DNA of 64,000 nucleotides from Podarcis vaucheri (taxonomy: Eukaryota). The notes under the pieces are model-generated. The model worked only from the letters and a program-made list of their open reading frames with translations, was not told the origin of the DNA and made no database searches. The stretch lies in assembly GCA_965113315.1 (NCBI GenBank), contig OZ220369.1; one strand, 5' to 3'. The position numbers and the translations under genes are program-made. Shown here in pieces: positions 1 through 11,439 of this stretch (positions within the stretch are counted from its first letter, which is position 1; each line of letters starts with the position of its first letter).

Positions 1-2141
1 TTTGTTTGACAGCCCAACAGCTAGCTGAGACAGCTTTCTTTTTATATGAATGGAAACCATATTTCTGAACATCATACTGCTTCATGGGGCCATGTTTCTA
101 GAAACTTTCCAATTTAAATGCCTGATAAAGGCTTTCTGTTGATCCTGGAAAGTTTGTATGGTGTTTGGTTATTTCTGTTTAAGAACTGATACATTTGGCT
201 TTTGGCACATTTTGGGCCAATGGGAAGGCTCCCAACTTTTAAGAGTAAACAATAACTGACAGATTTAGTACAGAGTGGCATGTTTCTGCTGATGTCAATC
301 AGGGTCATTAAGGCAAAGTAAATTGCTCTGTCAGTTCTCATTACCTCTGGTAGTTTTACAAGTTTCCTAATGGTATCTACCTCTATTAGCCGTCTCAGAA
401 GTTCAGTCATTACACGCATAATTAAATATTGTGGGTTGGATCTAACCCTATATGTAATACTGTTTTGGTAAAGCCAAACTGAGGATATGAAAGTCTAGCA
501 CTTCATTGCATAGAAATAACTGAAGTTGGATGTAGGGCTGCTACAAACCATGTGTTTTTACAACTTTGGACTTTGTCTCTATGAAGCTGAGAAATGGCAG
601 GAAGCTCATGCTAAGCTTCTCCCAGAGTTGAATATGCAAAACCCATTGAATGCCTACACCCAAGAGAATACACCAGTTTGTTTTTAAAGGCAACAGGTAA
701 GGATAATAGAGCTTATTTCTGATGATATAGAAAACAATAGTGGAGTACCTGGTTTTCTGTCAATCCTACCATTATTTCCACAAGATCCACTGTTTTACTA
801 CCTCATGGATATGCAGTGCAGTGATACAGCCAACCCCACCTCCCTGCACCTTCAACCATACAATACTTTCAAGCAGAAATACTCATTTGCCACCTCCATA
901 GTAACATATTGTGCACAGCCACTAAAATGTCCTATGTGGGACAGTTTAAACTTCAGCCCTATCAATGAAAGAAGATAGCTACAACCAATTCAGCATGAAT
1001 ACAAAAAGGTATGCCTCCTTTTGACCAGGTAGGTCTACAATGTTTCAGTTCTGAGCTTTGCTGGCTTTAGTGGAAAAGAATTCTAACTATTTAACATCAA
1101 AGCCAATACTCTACGTATTTCAAATAAAGGAGGCAGACTACAAACCCGAGTTGTGGTTAAGATGTACAGCTGTTTCTTACTTTGTGACTTCTATATCCTG
1201 TAAGCAAGAGCCCTTGTAGAAAGACTTTTGCTATGCAAAGTAAAGCAACAACTTGCAAACTCTGCTGCAGGAGTCTGTGTTTTAAAACTCGGTTTCAAAG
1301 GTAGAGTACTGTTTCCTGTGGCAGAAACTAATATATGGTAAGATTTGAAAGTTGTAGAGGAAAAGTATTTTTTTAAAGACCTGTTTGAGCTCAGTCTCTG
1401 GCACTAGACCCTTGGAAACGTAAGTTTAATCCATGACTGACAAATAAATGCCGACAAGCATAGCATAACCATTTCTAGAATGAACTGAAACTTCTACCTT
1501 TGTTCTTTTGGAAGAGAGGGAGGGTTAAGATTTCTTTATTAGAAGTTCACATAGCCTGCTGGTGCCTATTTCCAACCATTGGAACGTCTCTCGCACTGAT
1601 CTCAGTCTGCTAAAAGTGCAGATAGAATTATACATTCTTCTGTAGTGCAATCCTTTAAAATCCCAGAGTGTGGTGCCTGATTAGTTTTTGAGAAAAAGTA
1701 GACATGTTTACCTAGCCTCAAATGTCAGAGTCCAGCAGGCAAATGGCTACTGTACCGTCAACCTCTAGCTCTCACTCCAGATTACAACATAGCTGCCCGG
1801 GAGTTCGAGTTTCCAGCACAGAAGATCAAAGTATGGCAACATTCTTCAGCAAAAGTGCAGGAGTTTGTTTACAACAAAAAAGGGTAGTTGGCCAGTTTCA
1901 CCTCCCATCTGGAAGGTCCAACATTTAAGATCCATGTTATAATTTTGGCAAATCAGTAAAAATGGGTTTGATAAACCCCTAAGCTTCAGTTTCTTCCTAG
2001 TGTAGTGAAGTAGAGCACCTTTGGATTAAAAAAATAATGTTAATAAGCTCAACAAGTGGACTTCTCAGATTCCAATTTGAAATTCTGTAATTACTCCATG
2101 GGCTTTTGCCATCACAAAAAAAGAAGTCCATGGAGTTACTG
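1..2141 (-). other. ZCCHC14: ZCCHC14 3' UTR (end not defined; candidate AATAAA at 1535-1540 on minus)
   Basis: AT-rich DNA with no recognised repeats directly after the stop codon; extent is inferred. Confidence 0.6.
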
Positions 2142-2197
2142 TCAATCTGTGGAATCTAAACTTTCAGCTGGTGGAGCATATTTTAACCGAAATGTAC
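2142..2197 (-). CDS. ZCCHC14: ZCCHC14 last coding exon (GTFRLKYAPPAESLDSTD-stop)
   Basis: Acceptor tgcag|; conserved C-terminal peptide; TGA at 2144-2142. Summed CDS is 3222 nt, divisible by 3. Confidence 0.93.
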
Positions 2198-2712
2198 CTG
2201 CATGGAAAAGAGAAATACAAGTCAGCACGTGTAAGACTTTTGTGAAGTCTACATTTCACAAGCAATGACACATCACACAGTTGATGCTGTTCATAGATAA
2301 GGAATGAACATATTAGCAGTAGCTGTGAAATAAGGCAAGAGCACCATGGATACCGGTTTTGAGCGTGAGCAATCTCAAAGCTTACTACCACAAGAAACCA
2401 ACCCCTTATTACCCCACAAAACTATCTGGGCTCTGCATGCTCACGCCAGAAGAACATTTTACCACTCCTGTACTTTGGTTCTCTCAGGTTTGCTTCAGAG
2501 GGCTACTGCTCATCCAGAAAAGTACAAACTATTGGCAAAGTGTGAGACCTACAGTGGATTCCACTTGAACATGCTCAGACTTGCCATCACTTTAAATTAC
2601 TGACCATTTTCAGATTTTCCTTTATCTACCACCCCCTTTCCCCAAGCAGCCAAACCTGTATTCTGAGCAATCTACCAAACTGCACTTCTGGGAAGCCAAT
2701 TATGTTCCTAAC

Positions 2713-4152
2713 CTTGTCGATTGAAATCCATTGGTGGCTGCTTGCAGTCTTGAGCTCGGTGACCACTGGCTCCACAATTGTAACAGGACAGATTCCCATT
2801 CTTTTTATGGCCTGTACCACTGTTGTTGCTCATCATCCCCTGTGCTTGGTACACCCCTGCTGTACTTGCCATAAAGCTTTGCATTGGTGGCACTGCAAAC
2901 GTAGACTGCCCACTCATGACAGAGTCTGGTGTTATGCCACTGTTGTAAGGAGAGTGAACCATAGGGAAGGCTGAGCTGCTGTTGTACTGCTGTGTGTTGA
3001 TGTAGCCACTGCTGCACAGTGGATTGAAGGGCAGAAATGGGAAAGTAAACACTGACGGTCCGGAAAAGGGGTGCTGGAAGTAATTAGCATAACTGACAGT
3101 CATGCCGCTTGAACCACAGTTCCCACTACAGCCACAGGAACTGCACACCATGCATCCAGGAGGCTGCTGCTGATGGTGGTGATGATGGTGGTGATTCTGA
3201 TTTGGTACTGGGATACTTCCTCCTGAGCCACTACTACTGCTGTTGTAGAAATTGTTCTCGGCAGCTGATGATAGCGTGGGGCTGGAGCTGGGAGCAGGAC
3301 AACTGGGTAGGTTTGCCATATTTGCAAAGGATGTGGAGGGGTGACTGCTAGAAGAGGCAGTGTTGCTATTTCCACAGAAGCTGCTGCTGGGCATTGGGGC
3401 TACTGGCATACTGCTCAGGGCAGAAAAGGCCACTTTGGTATTGGCTGTATAGAGAGCAGTCCGGGGGTTTATTATTGCTGGGGACACACTGAATTGCATA
3501 TTATTGGAGCAGGAAGACTGCCCCACAATGGTTGAATCAGTAGGAACCGAAGAAGATACCAGGAGTTTTATGGGGGGTCGTGCCACATGGAAGACGGTGC
3601 TGGAAGTTACAGTGGCTGTGGTGCTTGTTTCCACTATTATTCCCGGCTGCTGGGTTGTTTTCACCACTCTGTCTAGAGTGGAAGCATGTACCATTTTGGT
3701 CCTTGGACCAAAGTTAATTGAAGGTGTAGAGGAGCCATTTTCAGAAACTCCAGAGAGCACTTGCATGGGCTGATGGGGAGAGGCTGGCATCCCATCCACA
3801 ACAGTACTCCCAAAGCTCTTCTCCATCTTGATGCCACTTCGAGGTGTGCCAGGTGAAAATTTTGTCCTGTCTTCTAAAGACAAAAGCGAGTGCATAGATG
3901 ACGAAAGGAGCTTCATGTCTGTATTTCCTCGCTCTGATTTGTGCATAGAGTTCAGTATTCTAATTGGAGTGATGTGAGGGGAGCCCGCGGCTATCATCTG
4001 TACTGGCAAGGTGTGGTGACCGGATGGACTGGACACGGCATCATTCTGCACTGGTAAAACCTGAGCAGTGGGCCTGGCTGAGCTGGAGTTGAAGTGATTC
4101 AATAACATTACTGGCTTCTCCTTTTCTGAGGCTTCCAAGTGGACCTCTAAAC
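2713..4152 (-). CDS. ZCCHC14: ZCCHC14 exon 12: Ser/Pro-rich low-complexity region, poly-His tract, CCHC zinc knuckle (CYNCGASGHRAQDC)
   Basis: Lies within ORF 2708..4288; CX2CX4HX4C knuckle; acceptor ttgtag|, donor G|GTTAGG; 1440 nt. Confidence 0.95.
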
Positions 4153-4233
4153 CTACAAGATAGACAGATGTCAGGTACGACCAGTCACCTAAATGCGTTA
4201 GATGCTGCAACACAACGAGACAGCTTTCCTTAC

Positions 4234-4374
4234 GTCTCTCATTCTCCTCAGCACTGTCTGAGCTCTCCTCCCGGGTATGGATTCCCATGGGGCTAGAAGA
4301 GGAGCTGGAGTATTCTGAAGAGCTTCCTTCGCGGGGGGTTGAGAGGGTTGGCTGATCAACATCGACACGTAACT
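4234..4374 (-). CDS. ZCCHC14: ZCCHC14 exon 11 (LRVDVDQP...REGSSSEYSSSSSSPMGIHTREESSDSAEENER)
   Basis: Pyrimidine tract plus caag| acceptor, donor C|GTAAGG; 141 nt. Confidence 0.92.
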
Positions 4375-4676
4375 CTTGTGGAGGCGGAGAAGAGAAGAAG
4401 AAAAATCAAGTCATGTGAATGGTACTGTTAAGTCATTTTTAGACAGACAAAATCTGTTGCGACTCCCAAGTACATTTGGCTGATAGCCATTGCTAGCCAG
4501 GCTCAAAAATAGATCCATGGAAAGTAAGTAACTTGTGTCTATTAATTCAATGGGTCTATTCTTCTAAGTATGACTATCCTGAACTACATTGCTATCCAGT
4601 ATGTTACAATAATTAGACAAGCGCCAATCTTCCCTGTGTAGGAAATATACATATTCAAACCTCATAGCCTGTTTAC

Positions 4677-4801
4677 CTGCTGTATGGTTACCACGAATGC
4701 TTTGGATAGGACCAATATGAGTGGTAGGAGGAACTCTGGCCACCCCAGTGCTCAAGGAAGGAGATGTAGCTGGATTGAGGGTCCGTTTCTCAGACTTTTC
4801 C
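4677..4801 (-). CDS. ZCCHC14: ZCCHC14 exon 10 (EKSEKRTLNP...GVARVPPTTHIGPIQSIRGNHTA)
   Basis: Acceptor ttccag|, donor G|GTAAAC; 125 nt. Confidence 0.92.
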
Positions 4802-5188
4802 CTGGAATGAAAAGGGAAGTGTGGGAAGCAATTTATTAAAATAAACTTGGGATTTAAATCTGAATTGGTTCTCTAATTTAAAGTATGTGTGGTATCCAAC
4901 TAACTTAAAGTAAGCCAACTAAAGAAGTTCTATTCTATTAATTTCAATGGGTCTCCCTTGAGTAAAAATTAGCTGCATATAACCTACTGGTATTTTTAGA
5001 TTTATTGTTCTAGACACATGCATGGGGTATAAATGCAACAAAGTTTTAATTCAACTAGTGCAGAATTAACCCAGTCCCACCTCTGGGTTTTCCTTAGGCA
5101 AAGTCCACAGCAAGCATTTTTACTGGAAAAATTAGGAGGAAAAGATCCTGAAATAACATGGAAGAAGCCAGTTTTCTTTAATACCTAC

Positions 5189-5280
5189 TTTTCCAACTCC
5201 AGCTGGGTCTTAAGCTTCTTCTTTGCACCCATTGTAAGGGATTCAAATTTATTCAGATCTTCTTCAGTAAGGCTCAGGAA
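5189..5280 (-). CDS. ZCCHC14: ZCCHC14 exon 9, second half of the SAM domain (FLSLTEEDLNKFESLTMGAKKKLKTQLELE)
   Basis: SAM motif LTEEDL..TMGAKKKL; acceptor ctaag|, donor AA|GTAGGT; 92 nt. Confidence 0.95.
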
Positions 5281-6436
5281 CTTAGATAGGAAAAAAGGGA
5301 AAGTCAATTTTATAGTATGCATTTAAAAATGCTGTCTAATATGGCATACTTGACAGAAGCTTCATTATGAAACTAATGAATATAGCTAATTTACATATTT
5401 TGCTTAGTTTTAAAGCAAAATATGTAGATTAGCTATATTCATGAGTTTCATGAGGTGTTATTACAGTAGCTAAGGCTCTAGGGACAAACAAGTGTTTAAC
5501 AGCATCCTAGTATAGAGATCAGCAACAGATTTGGGGACACTATGGCTTCCATGCAAAATCAGCTTTTAGATTTGTTTTGTTGAGCTGTTGCTACTGATGC
5601 ATGCCCTTAATCATTTCTGTTATTTTGTCAAGCTACTCAACAACTGAAGTTGTCTCAGCATCCAATTTTATGTAAAATTATTCAGTAGTTATTTGTCAAC
5701 TTGCAGACTAAAGGTACTTGTCAGATTCAGAAAATCCAACCCAGACTTTATTTTCAGGCTTATTAATATTGATAATTATTCTAATAAAAGCAGAGAGAAA
5801 TACCACAACAATACCCCATTCTGCTATTAAATTCAATTTATATTTCATTATGTATCTTTTATAAAGTGTCTAAGATGTGCTAAGCACTGTACACAGATTA
5901 ATGATATGATGTATTTGAAAACAAATTAGATTTGAGAGCAAAAAAATAGAGCAAAGAATCCACTAGAGGGCACTCTGATATATATATATTTTATTAAAAA
6001 AACACCCCAAGAGTAACGTGATTAGCTTACAACATATCTGAACAGAGTTGTGAATAAAACTGTTAAAAAGAGTGACATTCATTTGAGCAAGGCACAGCAT
6101 CTCCGCTCTTTCTCAGATCACATGAGGAATTTTGCTTTCTAGGAACAAATACTCATGCATCCAGGAAAAAAAAGACATCATAGAGGGATGTTTGATCTAT
6201 GTGCAACAGCTTTTGTTAGAGGGTAAATACTTGTAGTGTGTCAACATTTCACAAAGAAACTTCTAAATATTAGATGAAGACTTTTGCCAGAAAGCCAAAT
6301 CGCTGAAGAAGTCATATCAGTATTTCTAATCAGTCTTAAGCCTATCCCAAAATTTGCATTCTCTCTCTATACCACAGATTAATACAGCAAAACAAACACA
6401 GCAAACTGTTCCCCCCTAGCCAAGCCAGGACTCTAC

Positions 6437-6710
6437 CTTCTCCATTGAGAGCTGTTTGAAAACAGGGTAGTACTTGTGCAAGCGTAGTTTCCGCAGCCAG
6501 TCTAAAATCCCATTTTGTTCCTGGGGGGTTTGAGGACTGGGAGTCAATACCGATGAAGAGTTCTCCAGCTGGGAGCGGCAAGTGAGTGAGGATGCAGCCC
6601 CACCTGTATGAGTGCAGTGGGGGAGTGCAACAGGTGTAGCGGTCGGATGCTGCACATGATGCTGGAGACTGTTCTGTGAAGACTGGATACCAGCTACGCC
6701 ACAGATAGGT
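6437..6710 (-). CDS. ZCCHC14: ZCCHC14 exon 8, start of the SAM domain (PICGVAGIQ...GILDWLRKLRLHKYYPVFKQLSMEK)
   Basis: Smaug/Vts1-type SAM signature WLRKLRLHKY; acceptor tttgcag|, donor AAG|GTAGAG; 274 nt. Confidence 0.95.
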
Positions 6711-7458
6711 CTGCAAACATAGAAGGAGAAACTATTCTATGCATCAAACCAAGAACAGGAATGCTGTACATTCATCCTAGAGCATGTCCCTTGATCCATG
6801 ATGCAGTTTGCCATCTTTCTGAAGAGCCAGCATAACAATGAAAAGTCAGAGGGCTGGCGAATGTAAGGCCACAGTTACTCCAGCTGCTTAGGTTAAGGAA
6901 TTACTGATCTGACAGTGCCAACAGGCATAACCAAGAAAAGGGAGCAGAAGTGAGGATTATGTAGATGCAGTAAGTCACTAACCATCCTGCATATTTACTT
7001 CAACATGAGCCTCTTGTATAGAAACGTAGGGATGAGTTTTAGCTGCTTTTCATAGGCCAGTTCTAAGTTAGCATTTATATCCTCATAAGTGTTTTGAGGA
7101 ATTTGTTTCCATGGAAGAATATACATGTGAAATCTTACATCAGAACTGTAAATGATGTGTTGATTTTCAAAGGCAACTAAACATTTTCTATGTTAATTCT
7201 CTCCAATGAAATAAAGCACCTGTACAAAGTAAAATGCCACCTTTGAATGTCTTTTGAGTTTATCATTGGGTCATCTAAACATGCTCAGAACAGAAGGATG
7301 ACATAATGCCAGCAATACCAAATTTATTCCACACAAAGAATGAAGGGGCAATCTGTGAAGTCACTTTCAAAGTGATAGTGAAAAATGTTTCACAATGTAG
7401 AAATCTGAATAGCATGCTATAGCTTCCCTACATCACACATACACTAAATTCATCTCAC

Positions 7459-7513
7459 CTTCCGGAAGCACCCAGCGTCGTACCTACTTTATAAAGGGAA
7501 GTGTTGCCTGGAC
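7459..7513 (-). CDS. ZCCHC14: ZCCHC14 exon 7 (PGNTSLYKVGTTLGASG)
   Basis: Acceptor tttctag|, donor AG|GTGAGA; 55 nt. Confidence 0.9.
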
Positions 7514-7609
7514 CTAGAAACAAGGAGATCAGGTGTTTGGACAAGGCCTGAGTGGTAAAATGTCTATTCACATGTTTGTTAATAGGGAGAAATGAATCAT
7601 AAAACTCAC

Positions 7610-7704
7610 TTGAACTTTGAAATTGCTGGGAGTGAGATGAAGTGCTGAAAAATTTCTTGACGTGGTCATTTTTCCAGATGTGGGAAGGTAATGATGCCAA
7701 ATAC
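7610..7704 (-). CDS. ZCCHC14: ZCCHC14 exon 6 (RYLASLPSHIWKNDHVKKFFSTSSHSQQFQSS)
   Basis: Acceptor ttttcag|, donor A|GTGAGT; 95 nt. Confidence 0.92.
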
Positions 7705-8322
7705 CTGAAAAATGATTTCAACTGAGTAATGGTGTCTTTGCATTTGCACCACAAAGATCAAAACTGCAGCTTTAACAGAAGAGTGCCAAAATGAGCATTT
7801 TAGCACACAGGACACAAACAGCTACTTGACACACTATGGAAATACCAGGCACACATACTGAGGAGGTCCCTACAGACAAATGCTATTTGTTACAATGTGT
7901 AAATTGTCACAAGGAGCCCTGAACCTCACAAGTAGTCAATGAGAAGAATACGGTTCTCTCTTGATACGGAGTATACACAACAAACGCAAACACCTACTAA
8001 TTTCTGAAATGCGAAGTGGGTCATATTAACACTGCAATGTGCTAAAAAAACACGAATCTAATCTTAATTTGTACGGATTGCTGCTAACCGAGCGCTATAA
8101 ATCACAATTTATATATATGTATATGTGTAGGTGTGTACAAATGCATGCCACTTCTCTCAAAAGTTGTTTACAATACACAGAAGAACCATAAAACTAGTAA
8201 CAGTAAAAGTCAACTAATCAAAAAACATAATTTCAGCAACAAAGAAAAATTCAGTATCAGCAGTCAGGAAATATCTGGGTAAACAAAAAGGTACATTAGG
8301 GAGCTCATTTCACAAGGTGGGT

Positions 8323-8680
8323 GTTGTTGTTTAGTCGTGTCTGACTCTTTGTGATCCCATGGACCAGAGCACGCCAGGCACTCCTGTCTTCCACTGCCTC
8401 CCGCAGTTTGATCAAACTCATGCTGGTAGCTTTGAGAACACTGTCCAACCATCTCGTCCTCTGTCGTCCCCTTCTCCTTGTGCCTTCCATCTTTCCCAAC
8501 ATCGGGGTCTTTTCCAGGGAGTCTTCTCTTCTCATGAGGTGGCCAAAGTATTGGAGCCTCAACTTCACGATCTGTCCTTCCAGTGAGAACTCAGGACTGA
8601 TTTCCTTAAGAATGGATAGGTTTGATCTTTTTGCCGTCCATGGGACTCTCAAGAGTCTCCTCCAGCACCATAATTCAAGA
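8323..8680 (-). mobile_element. BovB/RTE LINE, 5'-truncated 3' end
   Basis: ORF RVPWTAKRSNLSILKEISPEFSLEGQ..LQYFGHLMRREDSLEKT..GTRRRGRQRTRWLD; (CAA)n tail; 25-bp TSD AGGGAGCTCATTTCACAAGGTGGGT at 8298-8322 and 8696-8720. Confidence 0.93.
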
Positions 8681-11062
8681 GGAGCTCATTTCACAAGGGA
8701 GCTCATTTCACAAGGTGGGTATCATAACATAAAAAGACCCTGCTCTGAACCCCAGGCAGCCAAACTTCAGCATGGTACCATCATAAGAACCCCATCCAAA
8801 GACTACAATGACCTGGGCAGACTATATGGAAAAAGGTGGTCTTGGAGAGAACCTGGTCCCAAGCTGTTAGGGCCTCACTGGCTAAAATCAACCACTTAAA
8901 ACTTCCCAAGGTAAATATTTAAAATGGAGGGCAAATTTTGAAGTGTACATGTAAACAAGGATGGAATTGTGAACAATGAAAATTTCAGCAGAGGAAATAT
9001 TTTATAGTATTGCTCTTACATAATAAATTTTCAAGAGATCAACAGAAGTGAAAGATAGCAGGCAGGCTTTTAAATGTTCTCCTCTGCCAGTGCTTTGCTT
9101 TCTCTTGAAATTAAAAAGACTGAGCTCCCTAGAAACATATGCTAACTACATGCTATATATAAACATATTGTCATAATTTCTCCATAGGCTTGTTTGAAAG
9201 CAACTAAATATTTGAAGGTCCCACAAGCTGCTTAGAAGCAGGAATGGAGAAGAGATCAAATTGGGAATATGTTTCTCTTGCATTTACATTTTTAATCACA
9301 GTTCTGATCATTTACTAGGGATCACAAGACCCAAACTGTTAAGGCAGTATCTGATTTGCAGACGAGTGGGGAGAAAAATAAGCAAACCTCAACAATCCAG
9401 ACCAAATCACAACATCTGGCAAGTCAACTGGTATGTGCTCTTCTGGAACCCTTGGCCCAATTACAATCTCTATGGTCCCATGACTGTGGCTTTATTTTAC
9501 AGTGATCAGGGACATGTGAAAATCATTAATATGAAAAATGCAGGCACTACAGTTTTGGAGCCTCAAACTTGTAATGAATCCAGTTTTTTAAAAAAGAAAA
9601 AGAATCTGGACTCCAACTCTTCTATGAAACAGCAATCACTGTATGGATATGCTAGTTAGTACAGCAAAGGTGGACTAATTAAAACTGATCCCAAAAGCCC
9701 AGAAACCTCATGTCCTTTGCAACTTGCAAAGCCAATAGCTGCAGTGATCCAAGTTATTTCTACTATTATATTGCTCATGTCAGCGAAACATGAATTTCAA
9801 TACTGGGAAGAAACTAACTAAACGTTGATGCACTATTTGGTTTGTTACCAGAGGCACATCCTTCCTGTCTCAGCCCGGGAAATTACTTGTGCTGCTCTGT
9901 CAATTCTAGCAAAAGTGAAGAAAGACATTCCTTGAGCCTAAATGATACACAGAAATTTTGTTTCCAACACACCACTGAGTACTATAAATTATGATTTTCT
10001 AAACTTGATTGGAGCCCTCAGAATACAGCCTATTTCCCTCTAGAGTAACTATTTTTATCTACTGAACCTGGCTTATCATTTCAGGGGCCAAATAATGTTC
10101 TGACCTAGTTAGAATCTAAAAAGCTGCATCGGAGTCCTTAAGACTCATCCGAGCTGCATTACCACAAGCTATAACTTGGGCTTCTGCTGCTAGTATGATT
10201 CCTTCTTTGTACTTTAAAACTTGCTTGTTAGGGGACTTGGCACCATTATTTTCTGCCAAAATGATTCACCTCTCTTGTCACTCAGGCCATGAAGTGGGAT
10301 CTCTCCATGTGCAGGCTTCCTGTCCTCTAACAGATCCATCACAAACTACTATTGCCACTCAAAGGTCCCTGGTCCCTGAAACAATTCTACCTCTCTCCTT
10401 ATGCATGCAACCCAAAATGCCTCCTCAAACCACACCTTTGCTTGGAGCCTCTAGAACAGCTCCCTAGTCCCAATGCCCTGCTGTAATTTAGTCAAGAATG
10501 GGTAAATGAAATAATGGAAGAATGTTTATTGCTGCCATCATTGTTTCACTGTGTCTGTTTTTATATTTGTAAGCCCACTGGGAGTAAAGACCAGTCAAAC
10601 CTGTTCTTTGTAAAGTGCTGGGTAAATAGATGGTGCTATCAAAATAAACTTTCACAAATGGCTGATATTTGGGTATCTGGTGGACCCGTTTGGCTCCTAA
10701 AACTGCGAACAAGGGGCCAATAAAAACCCCTACCAAGTAGAACTGCTTGAAAGACTTAAACATGTGTAATAGCAATTCAGGTACAGCCAATGCCAGTGCT
10801 GGTACTGGGTCCAGAAGGTACTAGATATGCCACCCCGCATTTGGAGCATAATTACTCAGCACTAAGGAAATGATGTCAAGATAAAAATGCATAAAACTAA
10901 CAGCAAACTTAAATCCCAGTAAATCTGACAAAACATTCACAGACCAATATGCAGACAATCAAAAGAGCGAGAGAATTATTAACAGCAAGTATTTGACCGA
11001 AACAGGTTTCCATTTGGTGTAGTTTCCTTTTCGCACTGACATAAAATACTTGCAAAGCATAC

Positions 11063-11172
11063 CTAAGGTCCGATTCCAGGTCCATGTGGTTTCTTTCTAA
11101 GTAAAATGAATCTGGACCAGCTAGGCATGGAATGAATTTCTCCAATTTTTCTTCTGGGTACATTTGACCTAA
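11063..11172 (-). CDS. ZCCHC14: ZCCHC14 exon 5 (LGQMYPEEKLEKFIPCLAGPDSFYLERNHMDLESDL)
   Basis: Acceptor ctcttag|, donor AG|GTATGC; 110 nt. Confidence 0.93.
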
Positions 11173-11367
11173 CTAAGAGACAAGACAATACGTTTGAATG
11201 CAACAATTGAAATTGAAAGAAACAAACCAACCCAAGCTTATTTACACAATTTATTTAAAACAGTGCCTTGCAGATAGCCACTGTTTCAATTGCACTGATA
11301 CTAAAATATACCTCAGGATGCTTCTGAAACATTTCTTATACAACCCAAGACATCTTATTCGTTTTAC

Positions 11368-11439
11368 CTTTGAAATGAATTCAGTCACTTCAGCAGAAGA
11401 CTTTGTTACCAATGTCACTGAAGAATCAGACCATAAGAC
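11368..11439 (-). CDS. ZCCHC14: ZCCHC14 exon 4 (VLWSDSSVTLVTKSSAEVTEFISK)
   Basis: Acceptor ccaaag|, donor AAG|GTAAAA; 72 nt; lies within ORF 11251..11481. Confidence 0.93.

Noticed and set aside
1-2141. Smaug-recognition (CNGGN loop) hairpins in the ZCCHC14 3' UTR, which would suggest autoregulation
   Set aside because: The CNGG sites I checked by eye on the minus strand had no stem of more than 2 bp. A proper folding scan is still needed.
8351-8899. 182-aa ORF
   Set aside because: Mostly the antisense frame of the BovB fragment.
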